DNA of 36,873 nucleotides from an uncultured bacterium (GTDB taxonomy: Bacteria; Hydrothermota; UBA3073; NMUJ01): the NCBI GenBank assembly GCA_965612795.1, contig CBFDTI010000004.1, positions 1 to 36,873 on the forward strand, read 5' to 3'. Shown here in pieces: positions 1 to 7,604 of this stretch. Below the pieces are notes generated by a model. It had not been told where the DNA came from and ran no database searches. It worked only from the letters and a program-made list of their open reading frames with translations. A program made the position numbers and the translations under genes. Each line of letters starts with the position of its first letter. Within the stretch, counting starts at the first letter, position 1.

Positions 1-1082
1 TTCAAGCTGTCAGGGTAGCCCGTTACATTTGTATCACGTCGTATTATTGCACCTGCAGGTATCAGCTTATCCCATACAACAGTAGCGGTGTCCACACCTA
101 AGTAATCGTATGGGAACGGTGATGGTATTTCTGGATCATAAAATGCATTTAGGGTGGCAGGACTTATCAGTAGTAGCTTTTTACCCGAGTCCAGATAGCG
201 TTCGATTGATTTCTGTGCCTCCGACAGATGGGATATGTCTTTTCCAGTATACCAGAGGATTTTGGTGAACCCCAACTCGTTTATGATGATATCAACATCT
301 ATCGGTGAGTATGGTAATCCATCCTCAACCCTCCACACGTTAGGTGTGTAACCCATAGATTCGAGTGCATCGAGATAGAACCTATCAGCTTGGTTATCGG
401 GGTCGTCGTCTACCACGAGTAAATCTGACAGCACGGGTTTAACCCACCACGTGTGGGTTATGGAGTCCGATCTCGCATTTGATATATCAACCGCCCACAC
501 AGTAAAGGTGCGTTGACCAGGTTCAATATCTCTGAGAGTCACGTAGGGGGTATCGCTTGGTGTGAACCTCAACATCGTATCCGTATCTAACTTATAATAG
601 AAGCCGGCTACACTTTCGTCACCATCTATGTCATGTGCTTCAAGATAGAAAGTGGCTACGGGGAATGTAGTATCGTCGGGCAAACTACCATACTTGAAAC
701 TCACGGTGGGTGGACTATTCTTTACAGGGATTATGAGTTCAGCCGGTGTTGTATCGATAGCACCCTCGTTATCTTCTGCCCATACTCTTAGGATATGTAG
801 GTTTACGGTATCTTCTGCACTTAACACGAACGTGTCACACGTAGCAGTCGTAAACACAGTATCTGGAGAGTTATCCCAATTGTAATGATAACCGACTACC
901 CAGCCATCAGGATCGTTACCCCACCAGTGTATGATCTGGCGTGCTGGTACGGTATCGACTATACCTTCGACAAAGATATGGGTATCAGGTGGTATATTCG
1001 TTACAGTAATAGATGGTGGCTTCCTCTCACACCCTATCGTAGCGATTGCTACAAGTAACGCAATCGAGCACCTTCTTATCAT
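1..1082 (-). CDS. Lipoprotein with Ig-like beta-sandwich repeats and a C-terminal alpha/beta domain (partial, runs off the left end; not in the ORF track)
   Basis: Manual translation from ATG 1082 (ATGA overlap with the TGA at 1079-1081): MIRRCSIALLVAIATIG|CERKPP lipobox, NIPPDTHI..HWWGNDPDGWVVGY, RVWAEDNEGAIDTTPA, WAVDISNA, LLVVDDD; no stop found through base 3 (360 codons). Confidence 0.85.
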   Translation of the reverse strand, partial: MIRRCSIALLVAIATIGCERKPPSITVTNIPPDTHIFVEGIVDTVPARQIIHWWGNDPDGWVVGYHYNWDNSPDTVFTTATCDTFVLSAEDTVNLHILRVWAEDNEGAIDTTPAELIIPVKNSPPTVSFKYGSLPDDTTFPVATFYLEAHDIDGDESVAGFYYKLDTDTMLRFTPSDTPYVTLRDIEPGQRTFTVWAVDISNARSDSITHTWWVKPVLSDLLVVDDDPDNQADRFYLDALESMGYTPNVWRVEDGLPYSPIDVDIIINELGFTKILWYTGKDISHLSEAQKSIERYLDSGKKLLLISPATLNAFYDPEIPSPFPYDYLGVDTATVVWDKLIPAGAIIRRDTNVTGYPDSL

Positions 1083-2917
1083 TTTATTATTAAAAACTTA
1101 CCTGTTTTAATTTTGCCTGTATCGTGATCTTTCACACAGAATATGTACAAACCGGTAGCAGCTTCCTGCATACCATCGGTGATGAGGTTCCATACACATT
1201 CGCCGGTAGATTCGTCTTCGTGTTCGATGGTTTTAACCAGCTCACCGGCAAGATTGTATATATAAATTGTAGCACGTGCAGGTAGGTTATAGAACCTTAT
1301 AACCCTACCCGTAGGTGTACCCGTATCCCACATAGATTGTATCTTGTAGGGGTTTGGATATACGCCTACCTCTATGTCAGGATCGGATGTTGGTGGTGTA
1401 CCTGGTATAACCTCTACCATGTTTTGACGTAGTGAGGATTCGAGTGATGGTAGCCCTATCTCTGGATTACCTACATCGTACGAGGTTACTGAGTAGTAAT
1501 ACTTGAACCCATTCTTTACACCGGTATCGATTATCTTGTACCACCCCTTGTATGGACCTTCTTGTTCGATTTCTGGCATACCGGTGTTGAACCCCATGGA
1601 GTGATCTACATCCTGTATAGGATCGTCAGGTGTTTTATCAAACTGATAAAGTAACGTCCATTCGGATGGATCTGCTAACCCCGTTTCGCTTCGGTATATT
1701 CTGTAACCTTCGAAATCACGTAAGTGTGGTGGTGCAGGGTCGCGTGCAAACTCGGGTGAATTGTCAAAGTACAGGGTTACCTGACGTGACCCTGGTATCG
1801 CTACAAGTCTGGGTGATGGCGGTGGTGCCGGTAGAATATAATGTGATTCGTAAGCACGTTTGGCCCAGCCTACATTTTGCAGTAGCTCAGTCTCCGTCAT
1901 ACCACCCACAAATGCAAACGTTACACAGATGGAGTCACCACGATTTAGATAGTGGATAGGACCAACTGACAGCAATGGTATTGGATCGGGATAACCGTTC
2001 TCCATCACATATCTGTCGTCCACGTCAGGATCACGGTGACCGTTTGTCATTATCGTATAGCGTAGGGAATCTGATACACTACCTTGCATGTCACGCCACG
2101 TCCACCAGTTAAACGATATGGTAAGGCTATCGAGGGGTACTTCGACTGTATCTATTTGGATACCTAACAAGCTTATACCGAATATTCCCTTAGCCATGAA
2201 GTCATAGCCATCGTTATGCTCATACATGAGATATAACGTATCGTTGTAGTAAAGGCGTTTGTGTTGGAAGAACGGTGTGGTGTTGAAATCGTCACCCCAA
2301 AAATCTCTATTACCTGATACAAGTTCGGCGTACATACCTACGTAAAGGCTCTCGAGGTCGTACTGGCCGATGTTTTTGATGATAAATCGCAAGATGACCA
2401 CATCATCTATGTATGAATACGACCATACGTGTGAGATTTGGTGCACTTTGAGCCCCAACGGTGTATGATGTACTATGGGTATAGTGTCATAATATGTAGC
2501 GTAGAAATCTTGTTCCGATATCGCATCAGGTGCATAGTAAGGTGAGGTCATCAGTATGGATTTCTCTATGACCACATCATCAGGATCGCGTGTGGGATAG
2601 AATTCAAACCCCTCACTTGAGCCCGGCGTTATGGTGGTGGCATCACTTACACCTGTGGTTACACATATACCAATCGGTGAGATAGCACCCACCCATAGGC
2701 CTGCACGGTAGAGGTGTTCAGTACGTGTACCGGCGGGGTATTCACATGAGGGTTGGGGTTCACCTGTTTCAGGATCCCATATTCTGAACCCCGTACCTAA
2801 CATACCGAAGTTCGTCACTGTAAGCATGACATTACCAACAGTGGTATACTTCGTGTAATCCGTCTTTGCTGGTAACATCACAGGTAGCAATACCAATATT
2901 AGTGTTAGCCTATTCAT
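1079..2917 (-). CDS. Secreted protein with uncharacterised N-terminal domain, FN3-like domain and T9SS type-A/FlgD-Ig C-terminal sorting domain
   Basis: Signal peptide; PPPSPRL..VTLYFD..DFEGYRIYRS..NGFKYYYSVTSYD FN3-like segment; C-terminus VYPNPY..IYIYNLAGELVKTI..W..ATGLYIF..GKFLIIK typical of a CTD. Confidence 0.85.
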   Translation of the reverse strand: MNRLTLILVLLPVMLPAKTDYTKYTTVGNVMLTVTNFGMLGTGFRIWDPETGEPQPSCEYPAGTRTEHLYRAGLWVGAISPIGICVTTGVSDATTITPGSSEGFEFYPTRDPDDVVIEKSILMTSPYYAPDAISEQDFYATYYDTIPIVHHTPLGLKVHQISHVWSYSYIDDVVILRFIIKNIGQYDLESLYVGMYAELVSGNRDFWGDDFNTTPFFQHKRLYYNDTLYLMYEHNDGYDFMAKGIFGISLLGIQIDTVEVPLDSLTISFNWWTWRDMQGSVSDSLRYTIMTNGHRDPDVDDRYVMENGYPDPIPLLSVGPIHYLNRGDSICVTFAFVGGMTETELLQNVGWAKRAYESHYILPAPPPSPRLVAIPGSRQVTLYFDNSPEFARDPAPPHLRDFEGYRIYRSETGLADPSEWTLLYQFDKTPDDPIQDVDHSMGFNTGMPEIEQEGPYKGWYKIIDTGVKNGFKYYYSVTSYDVGNPEIGLPSLESSLRQNMVEVIPGTPPTSDPDIEVGVYPNPYKIQSMWDTGTPTGRVIRFYNLPARATIYIYNLAGELVKTIEHEDESTGECVWNLITDGMQEAATGLYIFCVKDHDTGKIKTGKFLIIK

Positions 2918-3852
2918 TGTGGTTGCGATGGCCGTTCTGGTCTACGGTATTTTTCTATTTTATTGCTAAAACCTACGTATAAGGTTTTGCCATCATGTGA
3001 ACAAGCCACACTGATCGGTGTATCTGTTAGCTCTACTTCGACAACAAAGTTACCGTAGCGGTCGAACTTCTGTATCCTTGAATTACCAGCATCCGCTACG
3101 TATACGTAACCGGAGTCATCGACCGCTACATCCACAGGGTTAATAAAGTAACCCGGTAATGTATCGCCATCATGTGTGGTACCACCAAGATGCAACAGAT
3201 TAGCTCGTGGCGTATCTATGGTGATAGCTTCCACCCAGTTATGTGCGGTAGATACAACGAAAATCCTATCATACCATATACATAGATCGTGTGGAGCAGC
3301 AACGTTTAGGATACCTGCACCGTATGATGCTACTGTATCAACTATGGTGCCACTGGAATCGTAAGATAATACCAAATTTCTGTCCATATCGGATATAAAG
3401 ATTGTTTCACCACCGGATGCGATACCGGAGGGTGTTACGAGGTTGGTATCCTCGAAACTATACAATAAGGTGCCGGTACGATCAAACACTTTAACAACCT
3501 CACCATCCACTACACAGATGTGGCGAAGTATATCCTGATCCACTGCAGCAGCACTACTGAACCCGGTCACTAGTATCCTATCGAGTTGGCCATTTTCGAA
3601 TAGTTTATATAGATCATTTGCTGTCACTACGTATATAAAGCCATCCTTACCGACAATCACATCCATAATATCGTGCAACTCGTAGGGGTTATCGCCAGGC
3701 CATTCGTCTACCAATACGTACGATTCTTCGGGTGGCATACCATACTGGGATTCGGGTGGTAAGGGGTACTTTCTACCACAGCCGAAAGCCAATATCACAC
3801 ATAAGGCGAACGATATCCATTTCATATGTGAAGTCAATTTGTTACCATTCAT
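2914..3852 (-). CDS. NHL-repeat beta-propeller lipoprotein
   Basis: Lipobox LAFG|C; NHL motif FINPVDVAVDDSGYVYVADAGNSRIQKFD; ATGA overlap at 3849-3852 (alternative start ATG 3825). Confidence 0.85.
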   Translation of the reverse strand: MNGNKLTSHMKWISFALCVILAFGCGRKYPLPPESQYGMPPEESYVLVDEWPGDNPYELHDIMDVIVGKDGFIYVVTANDLYKLFENGQLDRILVTGFSSAAAVDQDILRHICVVDGEVVKVFDRTGTLLYSFEDTNLVTPSGIASGGETIFISDMDRNLVLSYDSSGTIVDTVASYGAGILNVAAPHDLCIWYDRIFVVSTAHNWVEAITIDTPRANLLHLGGTTHDGDTLPGYFINPVDVAVDDSGYVYVADAGNSRIQKFDRYGNFVVEVELTDTPISVACSHDGKTLYVGFSNKIEKYRRPERPSQPQ

Positions 3853-4826
3853 AAGCCAAAACTTATACTCATCCTATGTACATAACCTATGTAGCCTAAT
3901 TCAGTAAATGCATAATTGAGAATAAGTCTACTACCACGCCAATCAATATTGAAGCCACCACCAAATGAGATACCAGTGCTACCAGGGGGTTTGGCGTTCA
4001 CCCTATACCCCGCACGTAATGCTATCACCGGTAACGGCTTATATTCGAGGCCAAGTTTGAATATCTCGACGTTGTCAGAAGGTTTGTCCATCTCCAAAGC
4101 GATAAGCAGATTCTTGAATATATTGCCGGATACACCTATCTTATAAACTACAGGTAGAGGGAACGACTCGTAACGATACTGTATACCAGCGATTGCGTAT
4201 GTACCATATGGATGTACGTCAGGTCCCATGTTGAGTAATGCCATACCTATCTTTATGTTTCGATACCCAACATCATAGACGCTGCCGATATCGAGTGCTA
4301 CACCGTAGGAGTGTAAATCTGCGAGCGTCTCCATTATACCCTTTATGGTAGCACCTATTGCAAACCTATCAGTGATCCTAAACGCATACGTTAAAGATAC
4401 AAGTAGATCGCCAAACCTAAAGTACCTACCGGTACCAAATGGGTGTAACTCATCTGTCTCCTTTATGTAGCCACTGGATAGGTTTGCTACTTGTAAAGCG
4501 AGTGCCTTGCTATTTAATCTTACTGCAACCCCTAGGTACTCGTATTTTACATCAACCAGCCAGTTGGTGTGTGAAAACGTCACACATCTCGATATGGACA
4601 ATGCGTTTGCGGGGTTGAAGTAGATACCGGATGCATCATCCGCAGTAGATACGAGGGTTTGACCCATACCTTCAGAACGTACATCTACCCCTATCTTGAG
4701 GAAGACAAACGAAGTTGTACCCACACGTTGGCCACCGAGTTGCTTGAATAACTGTGCGTTAAGTGTACCCCACATGCATATGGCTAAACTAACACATATG
4801 TAGTGTAACTTGTTGAGGGTTACCAT
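3849..4826 (-). CDS. PorV/PorQ-family outer-membrane beta-barrel protein
   Basis: FLKIGVDVRSEGMG..ADDASGIYFNPA..SHTNWL motif, ETDELHPFGTG loop, amphipathic beta strands, C-terminal HRMSISFGL. Confidence 0.85.
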   Translation of the reverse strand: MVTLNKLHYICVSLAICMWGTLNAQLFKQLGGQRVGTTSFVFLKIGVDVRSEGMGQTLVSTADDASGIYFNPANALSISRCVTFSHTNWLVDVKYEYLGVAVRLNSKALALQVANLSSGYIKETDELHPFGTGRYFRFGDLLVSLTYAFRITDRFAIGATIKGIMETLADLHSYGVALDIGSVYDVGYRNIKIGMALLNMGPDVHPYGTYAIAGIQYRYESFPLPVVYKIGVSGNIFKNLLIALEMDKPSDNVEIFKLGLEYKPLPVIALRAGYRVNAKPPGSTGISFGGGFNIDWRGSRLILNYAFTELGYIGYVHRMSISFGL

Positions 4827-7525
4827 TTTAACTCTATGCCAAGTTTGATATTCCTACCCTCTCTATATCGGGCAGGGTTAAGCATATCTTTGGGTTGCTG
4901 CCAGTATGGGAGCGGATCGCCGGGTTCGTAGGCTCTACCAGTTACGGGGTTGATGTAATATACGTTACGGTGGTTGAAGATGTTTCTAGCTTCAACTATG
5001 AGGTTGAACTTTAATGCACCCATCCTTATACCCTTCTTAAGCTTTAAATCAACCCTACTCCAATACGGGCCGAGGCCCGAGTTTTTCTCCCCCATAGGGT
5101 TACCTAATGTATCTATTGGCGTGTATCTACGACCTGATTGTAACGATATAGATAATGCAGCAGTTAGGTTACCGCTAATCGTAACCCCAAACAGGTTCAG
5201 CTGTTCACCTTCAGAGAGTACATAGCCGATGGTGGCAAAAAACTTTATAGGTCTATCCCATCTGAGGTACCATTCCTTTAATGATTCTTCTTCACCCTTC
5301 CAGTATATATCTTCTGCGGTGGATGCCCTACCTTTGCTCTGTGAGATGGTGAGCTCCACATCCGCATAGTAATGTGATGATAGGCGTTTCTTTAGGGTTA
5401 ACTCGAGTCCTAACGAACGTGCATAGTCGGAGTTGAAATACATCCAAAAGTCAGGGTTTGGTGGTTCACCTGGTACTTTGGTGGCAGTGGGATAGTTGAA
5501 TATATCTTTGTAATATGCGGTTAACATAATTTTAGTGTATGGGGTGAAAAGGTGCTCGATACCTAACTCATATGCAACGGTGACGATAGGATTGAGGTTG
5601 GGGTTACCCACGAGTTCATAGGTGGAGGTGGCCCTCCTACCGAGCTTTGAATACACGAATTTCATATCAGGTAACTGTGAGAAGTGTCCATAGGAGAAGA
5701 AAAACTTATCTCTATCTGTAACAGGATATGATATACCGATGCGTGGACTCAGGTGTGCCTTGAAATGATATTCCGTAAACGGTACCCTAGGGTTGGTATT
5801 TAGGTAACGTTCATACTCCTGCCTTATGATAGGATGTATGTCGGGGTTGGTAAGCGTATTTCTGACACCATCTTCGAGATACTTGCCAGGTACCCAGAAA
5901 TCGACACGTACACCGAGGTTGGCTATCATGCCTGCAAATGATATACGTGTTTGGAAATATACACCACCATCTACAGTTTTGGCACGATATATGTCGTGGT
6001 TTAAGCCCAACCCATCGGGTGTATTGAACCATGGATAATGGATGTCTATCCATTGTATTTCGTGTAATTTAAGCAGGTAGCCGGTCTTCAGCTGCCAGAT
6101 GGGGTTGATGACATGGGTGAGATCGCCTTTATTTATGTAGGTTTCGACGTAATGGTCGTGCCAATATGGGGCATCACCAATATCCCAGAAGCCATCACCC
6201 ACAGCGATTATGGTATCATAACGTGGGTATATGTCCAGCAGTTCATCGTATTCGGACCAATGCTTACCGGCTACATCTAGGTGAAGGTTGGTGAAGAAGC
6301 GTGCTAACTTTATCTCGAAGAAGGTCGATTTGCTCATAGCGTTACGATAGGATATGGAAAGTTGGTTACCATCACGTGTGAATACCGGATAGTGATCCAA
6401 TATCTGTATATATCTGTAAGGGAAGCCATACGCAAACGGATAGTCGGCACGCGATAGGAAATAACCCTGGTTTATCTCTATGGATTTGGAAAAGGTTAAG
6501 ATAAATTTCTGGTTAGGTGTGACATTCCATGTAAGCTTAAAGACAGCTGACCATACGTTTTCTTCGCGGGGCGAAAGTTTTGCGGTATTGAACACACTTG
6601 AGTATAGGCGTGACGTATGTGGAAGATAAGTATCGGAGAATTTCGCATAGAGGTTGGCAAAAAATCTAACCTTACCTGGTACATGGAGGTTGAGTAATGG
6701 TAATATATGGGTGGTAAGATATTCAGGTCCTTGCAGCCTGAAGGTGAACGAATGCTCATTGTAGGGGGTGAACGGTTTGCTTGATGTCAGGTATATATTA
6801 CCGCGGTAGGTGTCGGTACCTTCCTTTAGCTTTAGTTCAACAATACCGGACATTGCTGCACCATACTCGGCGTTGAACCCACCAGTTAGCACCTGTACCT
6901 CACTTACGGAGGTGGTGGGTATGTATATTCCAAATGCGCTACCAGATAGTACATCCCTTATTGGGATGCCATCAATCACCATCAATATCTCATTAGACCT
7001 GCCACCCCTTATGTGTATGTCGGTACCTTCACCGGATACACCTGCACGTGTGGTTATAGCAGTACGTATGTCACGTGTGGTAAGCCCTTCCAACACACGA
7101 GTATTCATAACACGCTGTGACCCGGTGAATGACTTCTCGATCATTGGGCGTTTACCTATGACCTCGATGTAAGTGGGTAGCTGGATGATGGTGGGTTCAA
7201 GGTAAAAGTCGAGCTTTATGGGTTTATCGTCTTTTATATTTACTCTGTAGCGTTTGGTTCGATAGCCGATCACCGATGCAGACACCCAATAGCTGCCAGG
7301 TTCGGGTAACTCTAACGTATAGAACCCAGTAGTATCCGCACTTGTACCGAGATGGGTACCTTCAACAACGATGTTGGCGAAGGGTAACCCTTTACCAGTG
7401 ACGGCATCGTATACGTGACCGATGAGTTCCGTCGTGTAGAGGTCAGATGACAGTATAAACGATACAAATAAGGGTATAAGCAGTAGGATGCGTGATATGG
7501 ATTTGGGTGGGTTTATATCACACAC
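4820..7525 (-). CDS. TonB-dependent receptor with N-terminal carboxypeptidase-regulatory-like domain
   Basis: GHVYDAVTGKGLPFANIVVEGT..GTSAD..GFY N-domain; plug HIRGGRSNE..IDGIP..GGFNAEYG; SPRIGISYP, GNPNL.P, C-terminal NIFN..GRNIKLGIELKW. GTG start. Confidence 0.92.
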   Translation of the reverse strand: MCDINPPKSISRILLLIPLFVSFILSSDLYTTELIGHVYDAVTGKGLPFANIVVEGTHLGTSADTTGFYTLELPEPGSYWVSASVIGYRTKRYRVNIKDDKPIKLDFYLEPTIIQLPTYIEVIGKRPMIEKSFTGSQRVMNTRVLEGLTTRDIRTAITTRAGVSGEGTDIHIRGGRSNEILMVIDGIPIRDVLSGSAFGIYIPTTSVSEVQVLTGGFNAEYGAAMSGIVELKLKEGTDTYRGNIYLTSSKPFTPYNEHSFTFRLQGPEYLTTHILPLLNLHVPGKVRFFANLYAKFSDTYLPHTSRLYSSVFNTAKLSPREENVWSAVFKLTWNVTPNQKFILTFSKSIEINQGYFLSRADYPFAYGFPYRYIQILDHYPVFTRDGNQLSISYRNAMSKSTFFEIKLARFFTNLHLDVAGKHWSEYDELLDIYPRYDTIIAVGDGFWDIGDAPYWHDHYVETYINKGDLTHVINPIWQLKTGYLLKLHEIQWIDIHYPWFNTPDGLGLNHDIYRAKTVDGGVYFQTRISFAGMIANLGVRVDFWVPGKYLEDGVRNTLTNPDIHPIIRQEYERYLNTNPRVPFTEYHFKAHLSPRIGISYPVTDRDKFFFSYGHFSQLPDMKFVYSKLGRRATSTYELVGNPNLNPIVTVAYELGIEHLFTPYTKIMLTAYYKDIFNYPTATKVPGEPPNPDFWMYFNSDYARSLGLELTLKKRLSSHYYADVELTISQSKGRASTAEDIYWKGEEESLKEWYLRWDRPIKFFATIGYVLSEGEQLNLFGVTISGNLTAALSISLQSGRRYTPIDTLGNPMGEKNSGLGPYWSRVDLKLKKGIRMGALKFNLIVEARNIFNHRNVYYINPVTGRAYEPGDPLPYWQQPKDMLNPARYREGRNIKLGIELKW

Positions 7526-7529
7526 ATTA

Positions 7530-7556
7530 AAAATATCTCATATGTGACAAAATCAA
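7530..7556 (-). promoter_or_regulatory. Putative promoter of the TonB-receptor operon (TTGATT-N15-TATTTT)
   Basis: Minus strand TTGATT (7556-7551), 15 nt, TATTTTTA (from 7535), just upstream of GTG 7525; same architecture as the other promoters here. Confidence 0.45.
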
Positions 7557-7571
7557 CCCATGATGAGTGCC

Positions 7572-7598
7572 TTGTCAGGTTGATTTCGTACATAAATT
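7572..7598 (+). promoter_or_regulatory. Putative promoter (TTGTCA-N15-TAAATT), probably leaderless transcript
   Basis: TTGTCA 7572-7577, TAAATTTA 7593-7600, ATG at 7605 with no Shine-Dalgarno. Confidence 0.5.
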
Positions 7599-7604
7599 TA
7601 AAGT

